In this document: positions 9,675 through 20,186 of the stretch, piece by piece
Layout: the number at the start of each line of letters is the position of its first letter
How positions within the stretch are numbered: position 1 is the stretch's first letter
Virus record (IMG/VR): IMGVR_UViG_3300032322_001765
Span: 156,868-220,867 of that record
Reading direction: 5' to 3' (one strand)
Length of the DNA stretch: 64,000 nt
Translations under genes and position numbers: made by a program
The notes under the pieces: generated by a model
What the model was told of the DNA's origin: nothing
The model's input: only the letters and a program-made list of their open reading frames with translations
The model's database searches: none

Positions 9675-11069
9675 ATGAAAGATAAAATTCAAAATTACAT
9701 TAAACTAGTAGAAGAAAAAACAGGAACACCCACATTTTGCGCACTACCTTGGATACACTTAGCAACTAGGCCTAACGGCGACGCAAGACTTTGCTGTGTA
9801 ACGAACGCAAGCGGAGCCACAACCGGTGACCACACGGTTGGGCTTGTGAAAAAAGAAAATGGCAAGCCGGCTAATTTTGGAAAAGATTCTTTATTAGACG
9901 CATTTAATAATGATTATATGCGTAGTGTTAGAACAACTATGCTAGCAGGTAATATTCCAGCCAGTTGCACAAAATGCTTTGAAGAAGAAGAAAACGGCGT
10001 AGTAAGTAAAAGGTTATGGGAACTGTATGAATGGAATAGGGACGGGTTAGATTTCAATCAATTAATTAGAGATACGATGGAAGATGGCACTGTACCTCCA
10101 ATTATAAGGTATATGGATTTACGTTTAGGGCACACATGCAATTTAAAATGTGTAATGTGTAGTCCACATGATTCTAGTCGTTGGCTTCAAGATTATGACA
10201 AAGTAATGAATCGTACTACAAGTCAAGTTGTTAAGTTTCAATTAAACTTTGATGCCGAATCATTTAACAATGTTTGGTACGAAAAGCCTACATTTTGGGA
10301 TGAAGTGTTTGAACAGATACCAAACATAACACAATTATATTTCGCAGGTGGCGAACCGCTGATGATTAAAGAACATCGTAAATTTTTAGATGAAATAGTT
10401 AAGCGTGGTTATGCAAAAAACATTAGTTTACGATATAACAGTAACGGAATATTTGTTAATGAAGATATTATAAACGTTTGGAAAGAGTTTAAACAAGTTA
10501 GATATGCTTTTAGTTTAGATGCTATTTTTGATAGAAATCATTATATTCGATATCCGGCTAATTGGGACGAAATTGAAAGTAGTTTGCGTCTAATGGATAA
10601 TACACCTGAACATATTCATTGTGCGATTGCATGTGCTGTACAAGCACTTAACATTAAACACATAGTAGAATTTGCTAAATGGAAAATAAGCCAAAATTTT
10701 AAAAAAATCAATAAATTTAAATTAGATGAATATGAAACTGGTGGTGGAATAATTAACTTGCACTTATTGTACATCCCTACATTTTTGAGTGCTAGAATTT
10801 TACCAAAAGAGGATAAGTTAGAAATTAGAAAACTTATTTTAGATTTTAAACAATGGCTATGGAAAAATTACACACAGGATGATAATTTTTGGCACATTAA
10901 TCCATATGGTTGGAAAAGATGGGAAGCTATTTTAAAATTCGTTGAAGCAGAAGATCATTCTCATTTATTAGATGACTTTAAAGAATATATTAAAAATTTA
11001 GACGCTGTAAGAAATTTAAATTCTAGTCAAATTTTTCCTGAGCTTTCGCATTTATTTGATCAAGTATAA
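9675..11069 (+). CDS. Radical SAM protein with N-terminal SPASM/twitch-like domain
   Basis: CALPW...NGDARLCC, CTKC, CNLKCVMC, FAGGEP. Confidence 0.9.
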   Translation: MKDKIQNYIKLVEEKTGTPTFCALPWIHLATRPNGDARLCCVTNASGATTGDHTVGLVKKENGKPANFGKDSLLDAFNNDYMRSVRTTMLAGNIPASCTKCFEEEENGVVSKRLWELYEWNRDGLDFNQLIRDTMEDGTVPPIIRYMDLRLGHTCNLKCVMCSPHDSSRWLQDYDKVMNRTTSQVVKFQLNFDAESFNNVWYEKPTFWDEVFEQIPNITQLYFAGGEPLMIKEHRKFLDEIVKRGYAKNISLRYNSNGIFVNEDIINVWKEFKQVRYAFSLDAIFDRNHYIRYPANWDEIESSLRLMDNTPEHIHCAIACAVQALNIKHIVEFAKWKISQNFKKINKFKLDEYETGGGIINLHLLYIPTFLSARILPKEDKLEIRKLILDFKQWLWKNYTQDDNFWHINPYGWKRWEAILKFVEAEDHSHLLDDFKEYIKNLDAVRNLNSSQIFPELSHLFDQV

Positions 11070-11799
11070 CCTTCGCAAATTTTCTATGCCAATTAGGACT
11101 AGGACTAGCACCGTCTCTAGCCGTGTCATTGCCAACAGTTTTCTCATCAGTTGAATCCATATACAAATTATACGGTACTGTATATAAGTCTACGTTATAC
11201 ACTTGACGGACTAACTCTACCATATGTGTATTTTTGTCTCTATTGTACTTGCAAGATGTTTTATCAATGCCAAAAAAATACCCATCATACGGTGGTTTTG
11301 AATATGCAGTAACTGCCTCATGATGGTGGTCTAAGAACACTTCTCTACGCACATCTTGTGGCCACATAATAATAACACTTAGTTTTTTACATTTTGGTAA
11401 AAAATATGGTACTGTGCAAGATACCATTCTAGCAATTGTATCTGGTGCAGCTTTAGCAATTGCTAAATTAAGTATTCTTATATTTGGCAAACTGCGTTCG
11501 ATGACTCTAAGAAATATATCACGATCGGCTATTCCTGTTCCAGCTGTGGAACTATTCCCAAACCCCAAAAATAATTCATCATATTGATGATATGATTCTT
11601 CAAATTCTTTTTCTCTATAACCTAAAGAGTTTACAGTGTAAACAATATCATCACTATCAAATCTTGCATTTTTAGGATTATCAGGGCTCTCAGGAAATAG
11701 ATTGCTTGCCCATTTAAATGTAGTGCCCGCTACTTTTTCCATAGGACTGGCTGCGATCCATGCGGGAGGAATATGAGGATAAAAATATTTATTAGCCAT
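11023..11799 (-). CDS. SGNH-hydrolase-like protein
   Basis: NSLGYR, FGNSSTAGTG, NLA block. Confidence 0.45.
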   Translation of the reverse strand: MANKYFYPHIPPAWIAASPMEKVAGTTFKWASNLFPESPDNPKNARFDSDDIVYTVNSLGYREKEFEESYHQYDELFLGFGNSSTAGTGIADRDIFLRVIERSLPNIRILNLAIAKAAPDTIARMVSCTVPYFLPKCKKLSVIIMWPQDVRREVFLDHHHEAVTAYSKPPYDGYFFGIDKTSCKYNRDKNTHMVELVRQVYNVDLYTVPYNLYMDSTDEKTVGNDTARDGASPSPNWHRKFAKVILDQINAKAQEKFD

Positions 11800-12700
11800 T
11801 TTTTACCTTTGTTAATGGAATGTCAGACGCACAAGTACAAAAATCCCTAGTGCAAATTATAGGGTCTATGGGTAATTTAAAATCATCTTTGTATATATTT
11901 CCTAAACTACCTCCAACTCTACACGTAGCACGATGCACTTCACCGTCCCAGTTAATCATCAAACTTTCTAAACCTGCGTTACAGCTCCAACCCTTATATT
12001 TATTAAAGTGTTTTTTAATAATATCATTGGCGTGCATTTTAATATTGTCATCAATAATACTATTGGGTTCAACAGTAGCATCTTTACTTAATATCCAATC
12101 TAAATCATTTTGATCGTAGCGCATATCATCAAATATATTATGATCATCATTTGTCCAACGAATTCTACGAATCGTGTACGGTACGTTGTAAACCTCTAAC
12201 CTTTGAGTTGCGATTCTAACTTCTTTCATTTTATCAGGATGAGCCATAATATTAATCATACAAGGTTTGCGCATGCCTGGCTCTACATCACTTGCTGCGT
12301 AACGTAATATTGTGTCTAATACTCTTTTCCAGTCTTTTTCAAAATGCAGACTAAACACAATATGATTTACTGGCAATCTAAAATAATAAATCGGACTTCT
12401 TGTTCCATTAGTTGTTACATTTATCCATTTAATGTCTTTGTGAACGCAATATTGAACCAATTCTTCAAAATCAGGATGTACTGTAGGTTCTCCGCCTGTA
12501 AAACTAAGTCGTATAGGCTTACCCAATATTACTAGTTTGTCTACCGTTGCCTTTAGTACCTCTATGTCAGTGTGCGGGCTATTATTGTCATGTATACTAC
12601 TAGGACAATAACTACAATCATAGTTACAACGTTTACCTAAGTTCCATTCAACCTTAATGCTGTCTTGATGATGCCAACGACTTGTTATTTTTTGCATCAT
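11792..12700 (-). CDS. Radical SAM protein with C-terminal twitch-like Cys cluster
   Basis: CNYDCSYC, FTGGEP, TTNG; C-terminal CNAG...CRV...CTRDFCTC. Confidence 0.9.
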   Translation of the reverse strand: MMQKITSRWHHQDSIKVEWNLGKRCNYDCSYCPSSIHDNNSPHTDIEVLKATVDKLVILGKPIRLSFTGGEPTVHPDFEELVQYCVHKDIKWINVTTNGTRSPIYYFRLPVNHIVFSLHFEKDWKRVLDTILRYAASDVEPGMRKPCMINIMAHPDKMKEVRIATQRLEVYNVPYTIRRIRWTNDDHNIFDDMRYDQNDLDWILSKDATVEPNSIIDDNIKMHANDIIKKHFNKYKGWSCNAGLESLMINWDGEVHRATCRVGGSLGNIYKDDFKLPIDPIICTRDFCTCASDIPLTKVKNG

Positions 12701-13617
12701 AATATTGATCTTATTTGAGCATGGTCAATCGACATTTCGTGATATTTATTGTCATTATAAAACTTTAAATTTTTGACAGTTACATTATCACCTAAGATAT
12801 CTTTATTCCACATCAATTTGCATAGATGATTTGGTATATACCAATCTCCAACATTATTGTGGTAATCTAAAAGAGTTTGATCAATTATTAATTTACCTAA
12901 TACATATCTACCTAATGATAGTTTGTTTAAGTCATGCAATGGGATATTAAATTTGCACTGTTTTGCCCACCGGTAAAAGAAAATTTCACTAGCCTTTGGA
13001 AAATTATATTCGGGTTTAAAAAATAACAAAGTTTCTGAACTAATTGTATTTTGGGCTGCTAACTCTGTATAATCATCATCGTCCGTAGACAAGTCTAACC
13101 AATCTTTGCCTAAAGTGCCGTAACCTAAAATTAAATCGCCCCACTTATTATTAGATTCTAGCCATATTTTATATTCTTCTTTTATGGGTATGTATTGTTC
13201 ACTATTTGCAGAATAGAATACTATATTCGAATTGTATTCAGAATATTTACTGTTAATCTTATTTTCTAAAACATGTATTAATTTATTCAATGTAGATAAT
13301 GTATCGTCATTGGATTCGTTAGTTAATTTGACTAGTAAACTATGCGTTTTATTTAAATCAGTTTTGGTAAAATTTTTAGGAATCTCTTTAATATTAATTG
13401 TTGTACAGATGTCATTTGCTAATCTTAATACCTTGTCAGTTGGCGTATTCATTTGAATACCTGTATTATATTCACTAGTTTCTAATTGTATCTGTTGCCA
13501 TATATGCTGTACAGGATTATCAATGAGTTGATAATTCAATTTTAGATCACCTACACGACAACTTATAGTTATTTCTAAGGTGTTGTAACCTTCTATATTT
13601 TGAAAAATCTCTTTCAT
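12697..13617 (-). CDS. Hypothetical protein
   Basis: 306-aa ORF with ATGA-type overlaps to both neighbours. Confidence 0.7.
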   Translation of the reverse strand: MKEIFQNIEGYNTLEITISCRVGDLKLNYQLIDNPVQHIWQQIQLETSEYNTGIQMNTPTDKVLRLANDICTTINIKEIPKNFTKTDLNKTHSLLVKLTNESNDDTLSTLNKLIHVLENKINSKYSEYNSNIVFYSANSEQYIPIKEEYKIWLESNNKWGDLILGYGTLGKDWLDLSTDDDDYTELAAQNTISSETLLFFKPEYNFPKASEIFFYRWAKQCKFNIPLHDLNKLSLGRYVLGKLIIDQTLLDYHNNVGDWYIPNHLCKLMWNKDILGDNVTVKNLKFYNDNKYHEMSIDHAQIRSIL

Positions 13618-14876
13618 ATGTAATCCTTAAATTCCGGAGTCACCTCTAAAAAACTCTGTTTTCTAGTATTATCCAATCGCATATTGAAATTAATTGTATC
13701 TACCCAAAGATGGCTCTCATCTTTTGCTGTTAGAAAGTTCAAAACGCCATTTATTTGATTTAATGTCAACTCATATAACATCGGGTGTTTTTTAACCATT
13801 TTAAAATCTTGCAGTCTTTCAGATACAAGTTTAAGTTTAGAACTAGCAATGTTTTTTAATTGCTCAGGTAATACTTGTATACTTAAACAATTTGGATATC
13901 TAACCATATTAGTATAGAAAACAATTTCTAACTCATCTAAGAAATACTCAATCATTTCGTCTAATATTAATATGTTAGATATTTGAACAGCTACAGCTCC
14001 TACTATTCGATTAATATTAGTAATACTTTGAACTTCTTTAATATTCTTAATTAATATATCCCACTCAGCATTACCTCGAATGTATTCATAAGAATCTTTC
14101 ATGCCATCTATACTGACATTTAATGCAACGCTTTTAAAATAAGGCCAATATTCATATATATTACGATTTCCCTTACCTAACATTGTTAAATTTGTGGCGT
14201 ATTTAATTTCAATTTGATGTCCATATGGTTTGAGCATATTTAATATGCGATAATGCTGCGGATCCATCAAAGGTTCACCTCCTGCAAACTCTACTCGCCT
14301 AAAGTATGGTAAATTTTTTTCTAAGCTAGACCACCAATTGGGATTGTCTTCAAATTTATCTAATAGCGGCTTGTTTTCTAAATTATGATCTTCCACTAAT
14401 TGATATATAACTTTACCGGATTCTTTATAAAAGTCTTTAATTTCTGCCCAGTCATTCCAGCTAGTGCTATCGCCGGGATGACACATCCTGCATTTTAAAT
14501 TACATAGATTATTCAGCTTTAATTCCATAGTAGGAATTTTAAAAGGCATGGTCATTGTCGGATGAAGATCATCAAATGCATTTGGGTAAAGTTTTATACG
14601 GGCTTCTGGTATCTCACCCTTAATATGTCGTTGACGTAAACTTTCTACACCTTGGTCTTCTAAGCTGAAGCAAGGTTCGCATTCTGGTGGACGTTCTCCG
14701 GACAAAACTTGAGAACGTATTCTTCTCATCGTATGGTTATTCCATATTTCTTCTAAAGTATTATCCTGTATATTACCAATTGGATGACTGCGGCAACACA
14801 CTTGTATGGCGCCATCTTCTCTTGTTGCTAATCCGGTAAAAGGATGCATACAAAATGTTTTACTATTACATTGCAT
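13614..14876 (-). CDS. Radical SAM protein with N-terminal SPASM/twitch-like domain; paralog of 9675..11069
   Basis: CMHPF...DGAIQVCC, CEPC, CNLKCRMC, FAGGEP. Confidence 0.9.
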   Translation of the reverse strand: MQCNSKTFCMHPFTGLATREDGAIQVCCRSHPIGNIQDNTLEEIWNNHTMRRIRSQVLSGERPPECEPCFSLEDQGVESLRQRHIKGEIPEARIKLYPNAFDDLHPTMTMPFKIPTMELKLNNLCNLKCRMCHPGDSTSWNDWAEIKDFYKESGKVIYQLVEDHNLENKPLLDKFEDNPNWWSSLEKNLPYFRRVEFAGGEPLMDPQHYRILNMLKPYGHQIEIKYATNLTMLGKGNRNIYEYWPYFKSVALNVSIDGMKDSYEYIRGNAEWDILIKNIKEVQSITNINRIVGAVAVQISNILILDEMIEYFLDELEIVFYTNMVRYPNCLSIQVLPEQLKNIASSKLKLVSERLQDFKMVKKHPMLYELTLNQINGVLNFLTAKDESHLWVDTINFNMRLDNTRKQSFLEVTPEFKDYI

Positions 14877-15600
14877 TACTTATAGCCCAATTTCTTTCTT
14901 TACACCAAAAACATATATCACATGTAGGTACATGTTGATTAGGTATGTATGTTTCATAAGTTATCCCTTCAAATTCACCCTCGCAACTTCTTGTTATAGA
15001 AAATAAGTCTAATAAGTTTCTTTTTCTATATTGTTGAATTACCCAATGTTTCTCAATAAATCTAAATGGGTGTATGGCATATACATTCATGTGCTTCATT
15101 AAACGCAGGTGTTGATTAAATTCAGTAGGATCAATATCTCTTTCTTTCATCCCATCAAAGTTTTTATTTTTTGGATTTCTCGTAACACCATTATAGTAAG
15201 CACTAATTTTATTGTGATAACAAACATATTCACTATACGCACGTATTTGAATATTATCTCCGCTTACTTTTTTACCATATTCGTCCATAAGCACAGGACC
15301 AGTTGCACCATATTCAATATCCGGTGCAATAAAATTTACGTGTCTAGTCCATTCGAACGTTGGAAACTTCTTTGTTAAGTATTCATATACATTTTTTGAA
15401 TCATATTCTTGCCATGGTCTAGTTTTCCACATACGAATATGACTTATGATATGAATTTTCAGATTAGGGTTTTCATTTACTGCAAGTGAACATAATAGAT
15501 ATGCTAATAGCGCCGAATCGGCACCACCACTTAAACTGACAGCGATACTAGGCCATTCTTTATCATAGGGTATGTTAACGCCGTCTATGTTATATTCCAT
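14866..15600 (-). CDS. PP-loop ATPase, QueC-like
   Basis: SLSGGADS PP-loop; TRSCEG...CDICFWC Zn site. Confidence 0.7.
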   Translation of the reverse strand: MEYNIDGVNIPYDKEWPSIAVSLSGGADSALLAYLLCSLAVNENPNLKIHIISHIRMWKTRPWQEYDSKNVYEYLTKKFPTFEWTRHVNFIAPDIEYGATGPVLMDEYGKKVSGDNIQIRAYSEYVCYHNKISAYYNGVTRNPKNKNFDGMKERDIDPTEFNQHLRLMKHMNVYAIHPFRFIEKHWVIQQYRKRNLLDLFSITRSCEGEFEGITYETYIPNQHVPTCDICFWCKERNWAISNAM

Positions 15601-16444
15601 TTTCTTCTAAATAACGAATTAAAGGTGAAACACCGACTGGCATGCCATTTTTTAATGCTAAATAAATGCTTTTTGTTTCAGTTAAATTAAAGTCCTTGCA
15701 AATTGTCTTATATCTATGTTCATGAGTATTCCAAAGGTAATCAGGTACTAGCTCATCTAAAAAATATGAACCAATCATTACTAATGCCTTATTATTCATA
15801 TGGAAATCGTTCATTATTGTAATACTATCGCTATCTTCATTTGACCATCGTAAACCTATTCTGTTCCAACCTAACCCTAATCCTTTACTTAAACTAATAC
15901 CCACCGATTTAATATTTGGGTGATTAAAATCAAATTCTATGTCAGTACATGTTGTAACCCATGCTCCGTCGATATGTACATCAATTTTTTTCTCTGCACA
16001 CTCACTGAGTATATCCTGCATATTATTATGTATAGATCCTATTTGTGGAAATGGCATAGCGATAATTAAAGGCACACCATGTATTAAATTTTTTGGGGTA
16101 ACAAGGTATGATAAGTTTAATCTACTGTGGTATCTGTAGTCATCAACTAGTGTTTGTACCCGATGGTGCATATAAATGTTATCGATAAATTGAGTGCATC
16201 CGTTAATAATATCTATACGGTTAAATTTTTTCAATCCATATAACGAATTACGTTTAGATTCTGATAACCAATTTACAAATCGAAACTTAAATCTATTATA
16301 AACCTCATTACTAATGTCTTTGTCCAAACATCCATGCAACACTTGTTGTATTAGAGTGTCAATTTTTTTATCTGTAAGTGGTTGTGGTCTTTCTATTTCT
16401 AAATACTTACTATCATAATCGGGTGCAATTTTAATTCTATCCAC
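15590..16444 (-). CDS. PLP-dependent fold-type-I-like protein (GTG start)
   Basis: HIDGAW and SLSKG resemble the PLP Asp and Schiff-base Lys motifs. Confidence 0.45.
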   Translation of the reverse strand: MDRIKIAPDYDSKYLEIERPQPLTDKKIDTLIQQVLHGCLDKDISNEVYNRFKFRFVNWLSESKRNSLYGLKKFNRIDIINGCTQFIDNIYMHHRVQTLVDDYRYHSRLNLSYLVTPKNLIHGVPLIIAMPFPQIGSIHNNMQDILSECAEKKIDVHIDGAWVTTCTDIEFDFNHPNIKSVGISLSKGLGLGWNRIGLRWSNEDSDSITIMNDFHMNNKALVMIGSYFLDELVPDYLWNTHEHRYKTICKDFNLTETKSIYLALKNGMPVGVSPLIRYLEENGI

Positions 16445-16467
16445 TGACTATTTACTATAAATATTTC

Positions 16468-17136
16468 ATGCTTTCAAAATTGACTCTTTCTGTAGACGTA
16501 GATAGTTTAGTAAAACAAGTTAGTGAACTTAATTTTGGTAAAAGTTTATCCATTAATTATACCACAGGAAAATTACTTAATGGTCCTTATCTAACGAAAC
16601 CCGAATTTCTAAATACTCCTTTAGGAAATATTTTACAATCTATTGAAAATGTAGGTGAAGCTAGATTATTAAAACTAGAAAGTGGAGAATCTTATACTGC
16701 ACATTCTGACCCAGATGATAGAATACATGTTCCTATCATAACCAATCTATATTCTTATATTATGGATTTGGACAACAATAAAATGTATCATTTGCCTGCT
16801 GATGGATCAGTGTGGTATATGGACACAAGTGTTACACATGTGGCAGCAAACTTTGGAGGTAGAACTAGAATACATTTAAACATTCGAGTGCTACTTCCTA
16901 AATTTAAATCCCCTGGCTACAAATTAACTGTTACAGGAGGCGATTATGATTGGAAACAGGAAGCATATTTTACCTTAATGACTTTTTTTAATAAATCTAT
17001 TAAAGAAAGAATTATTACAGGATTTGAAAAGGTAAACGAAAGAGAAGTTTTATTAAATTGTGATCCAATCGTGCTTAATCCTTACATAAAAAAATTAGAA
17101 GATAAAGGGTTTAGTATATCTTTAAGCGCCACATAA
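16468..17136 (+). CDS. AspH-like Fe(II)/2OG hydroxylase
   Basis: HSDPDDRIHVPI, distal THVAAN...RIHL. Confidence 0.7.
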   Translation: MLSKLTLSVDVDSLVKQVSELNFGKSLSINYTTGKLLNGPYLTKPEFLNTPLGNILQSIENVGEARLLKLESGESYTAHSDPDDRIHVPIITNLYSYIMDLDNNKMYHLPADGSVWYMDTSVTHVAANFGGRTRIHLNIRVLLPKFKSPGYKLTVTGGDYDWKQEAYFTLMTFFNKSIKERIITGFEKVNEREVLLNCDPIVLNPYIKKLEDKGFSISLSAT

Positions 17137-18186
17137 ATGACTTTCTACAATTCTGATTTAAAAATTTTAGATATTGAGCCATCTTCTTTTTGTAATGCAA
17201 AATGTCCTCAATGCATGAGAGAATCACAAAATGGTTCCTATGATTTTTTTAATCAAGTGAATTTAACTGATACTTTTTTTGAGATTTTTTTTCCTAAACA
17301 AGTAGTAATAAATTTAGAAATAGTTTCATTTAGTGGAAATGTGGGGGAACCTACAATGAATAAACATTTGATTGATATTATCAGGTGGTTTAGAAAACAA
17401 AACCCTAAAATTTATGTAGAAGTATACACGAACGGCAGCGTACAGAAACCAAAGTTTTGGAGCGAATTAGGAGAAGTTATTGGACATAATGGTAATGTGA
17501 TATTTGCCATCGATGGACTAGAGGATACTAATCATATATACCGTATTGGAGTTAAATGGAACCTGCTAATGCAAAATGCAAAAGCATATATAGAATCTGG
17601 AGCGAAGGCAACATGGCAGTTTATACCTTTTCTACACAACGAGCATCAAGTTGAGTTAGCTAAACAATTAAGTGCAGAAATGGGATTCGATAAATTTAAA
17701 ATTAAAATATCACATAGAGATTTATTAAATCAACAGCAAAATGAAAAAACTAGAGTCTATCCACCAAAAAATCCTATGTATACACATAGCGGAAATAAAC
17801 TAGATTTTACTAATCTTGATGTTACTGAAAACTATTTAAATAGTCTAGATATTAAATGTTATGCCATAGAAAATAGTAACTTATATATTTCTGCTGAAGG
17901 TTTAGTGTTCCCTTGTTGTCACACGGCTAGCATTATACTTTTAGATGATAATATGGTACCTGAACCGTATAGTTGGATTAGGAAAACAAAAAGTCAATTT
18001 AATCTTAATGAAATTAATTTACATAACAATACTCTAGAACAAATTTTAAAATCAGTTACCTTTAATGAAATTAAAGAGTCATGGAACAAAGACATTAGCG
18101 TAGGAAAAAATGCAATATGTGCAGCGATTTGCGGCAAATGTAAAAATAACAAAAGTCTTATAGAAAATCTATTGCACCATGAATAA
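17137..18186 (+). CDS. Radical SAM protein with SPASM/twitch-like C-terminus
   Basis: CNAKCPQC, GNVGEP, TNG; CYA...PCC...CAAIC. Confidence 0.9.
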   Translation: MTFYNSDLKILDIEPSSFCNAKCPQCMRESQNGSYDFFNQVNLTDTFFEIFFPKQVVINLEIVSFSGNVGEPTMNKHLIDIIRWFRKQNPKIYVEVYTNGSVQKPKFWSELGEVIGHNGNVIFAIDGLEDTNHIYRIGVKWNLLMQNAKAYIESGAKATWQFIPFLHNEHQVELAKQLSAEMGFDKFKIKISHRDLLNQQQNEKTRVYPPKNPMYTHSGNKLDFTNLDVTENYLNSLDIKCYAIENSNLYISAEGLVFPCCHTASIILLDDNMVPEPYSWIRKTKSQFNLNEINLHNNTLEQILKSVTFNEIKESWNKDISVGKNAICAAICGKCKNNKSLIENLLHHE

Positions 18187-19117
18187 ACTAATAAAAATAG
18201 AAATAGCTAATCCTAATGCATTGCGTATTAATTTTGTAATGACACGTAGTTGCACCTACGAATGTAGATATTGTCCGGATGATCTACATTACGGTACACA
18301 TAGAGATATAAACTTAAATGATTTAAAACTGTTTCTTAGTAGATTTACGGATAGAAATACGGCCGTTCAATTGACAGGTGGTGAATGCACTACTCATCCA
18401 CAATTTGAGGAAGTTATAAAATTAATTAAAGACTTTAATTATAATGTACTAGTGGATTCTAACAGTGTTAGGACATTGCGCTTCTACGATGAAGTAAAAC
18501 ATTTAGTAGATAATTGGTGCATAACATTACATCCTAGTCAACATAAATTAGATTTAGAAAAATTAAAATTATTATCACAACATTCTTTTCTAGTGATTTA
18601 TGTTATGATGGATCCTAATTATTGGGAGATATCATTAGACTGGTTTGATCAAATATCAAAATTAAAAGATTTAAAAGTAACACCAATCCGAGTTATGAAC
18701 AATTGGGGAGGTGCAAATTTTCACGCTAATTACAGTGACGAACAATTAGAGTATTTGTCAAAGGCAGAATCTAAATGGCTTTTTACTGTTGAACGAGAAA
18801 CAGAATTAAGAAAAACTCACATGTGGTTAGCGGATACAGAATCTATAGCAACAGACACTACTGGAAACAGGGTTACACTAGATCCATTTAAAATGATACG
18901 CACAGGCACAAACAATTTTTATGGTTGGCAGTGTAAAGCCGGTAATGAATCAATATGCATATTTGATGACGGCAAAGCCATATGGGCAAATTGTGGGATT
19001 AAAAAATTTAACCATTACTTAGAGTTGACTCCTGAAATAATGGCTGAACCACTGAAATGTAATTTTTTAGCTTGTTCATGTGCTACTGATATTCGAGCCT
19101 CTAAGTCAAAGAATTAG
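18179..19117 (+). CDS. Radical SAM protein with twitch-like C-terminus
   Basis: CTYECRYC, LTGGE; CKAG...NCG...CNFLACSC. Confidence 0.9.
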   Translation: MNKLIKIEIANPNALRINFVMTRSCTYECRYCPDDLHYGTHRDINLNDLKLFLSRFTDRNTAVQLTGGECTTHPQFEEVIKLIKDFNYNVLVDSNSVRTLRFYDEVKHLVDNWCITLHPSQHKLDLEKLKLLSQHSFLVIYVMMDPNYWEISLDWFDQISKLKDLKVTPIRVMNNWGGANFHANYSDEQLEYLSKAESKWLFTVERETELRKTHMWLADTESIATDTTGNRVTLDPFKMIRTGTNNFYGWQCKAGNESICIFDDGKAIWANCGIKKFNHYLELTPEIMAEPLKCNFLACSCATDIRASKSKN

Positions 19118-20186
19118 TTTCTATCCACTGATCATTGGGTTGACTTATATCTACATTTTTAAATTCACCGCATACTCTGGCACAGGTAATTAATTTTTCT
19201 TCATTCCATTTTTTGTGCCAAATATTTTGCCAAATTTCAGAATCAATCACATTTTTTATTCCGTTTAGTGCATTAAGTTTTTCTACACCACCAAAATCTT
19301 CAATTAGTTTAGTGTATTGATTTTTTATATCTTCGCTTACATTATGATTGATATATTCAGGATCATAGTATGTATAGGGTATGGAACTTACCCAACAACA
19401 AGGAAGTATGGTTTTGTATGCGTCAATGTAGATTTCTTTAAGATTTAAAACATGGCAGTTAATTTTTGCCTCAGCTATAAGTTGTTTATAAGAATTAATT
19501 ACCTCTTTTGGCATAAACTTAATAGTAGTTTCAGTTGGGGGTTCAATTGTATGTGTATAGTTTCCTTCTTTATCTACAACATCGTATTTTGGTTCTACTA
19601 AAAAGCGTGAACTATTTTTTACAACAAATTTTGAGAAACCTAAACTTTTGGCTACTACCCTACATTCTTCTGTTTGATGCTCATTGTGTTTAAATTTTAT
19701 AAATGTCCATTCGGCGATTCCCCCTGCATCAATAAAAGCTTTTGCATTTTTTATTACAGTATTGTAATTAGTGCCTATCCTATATAATGAATGCGTATCA
19801 ACTAATCCGTCAAGTGCGAAATGAACACAGTGATCTACAGGAAGTGCCTTAGCTAAATCTATCCACCATGACGGCTTTCTAGCTCCGCCATTGGTGTGTA
19901 TGGCAATTCGTACATTTGGATTCACATGTTTGATGTACACACACATTTCTATTAGGTCATCATGCAGCATAGGATCACCAAAATTGCCGCAAAAATATAT
20001 ACATCGGACTAAGTTTAAAATTTCAGGAGAGATGATCTTTTTAAACTCAATTAGTGTCCACTGAGTTAATTTTAAATATGGATTAGGCAACCCACCGTGA
20101 TGATTTCTGGCACACATGGGGCACCTTGCCTGACAATTATTAGTTAGCTCTATGTGAATAGATTTTAATTCATTAAATTTAAACAT
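19101..20186 (-). CDS. Radical SAM protein; paralog of 17137..18186
   Basis: CQARCPMC, GNFGDP, TNG; CHV...PCC...CARVC. Confidence 0.9.
   Translation of the reverse strand: MFKFNELKSIHIELTNNCQARCPMCARNHHGGLPNPYLKLTQWTLIEFKKIISPEILNLVRCIYFCGNFGDPMLHDDLIEMCVYIKHVNPNVRIAIHTNGGARKPSWWIDLAKALPVDHCVHFALDGLVDTHSLYRIGTNYNTVIKNAKAFIDAGGIAEWTFIKFKHNEHQTEECRVVAKSLGFSKFVVKNSSRFLVEPKYDVVDKEGNYTHTIEPPTETTIKFMPKEVINSYKQLIAEAKINCHVLNLKEIYIDAYKTILPCCWVSSIPYTYYDPEYINHNVSEDIKNQYTKLIEDFGGVEKLNALNGIKNVIDSEIWQNIWHKKWNEEKLITCARVCGEFKNVDISQPNDQWIETNSLT

Noticed and set aside
14866-15600. 7-deazaguanine DNA modification pathway
   Set aside because: Only a QueC-like gene is present; no QueD, QueE, FolE or DpdA is recognisable here. 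Cannot be excluded for the rest of the genome.
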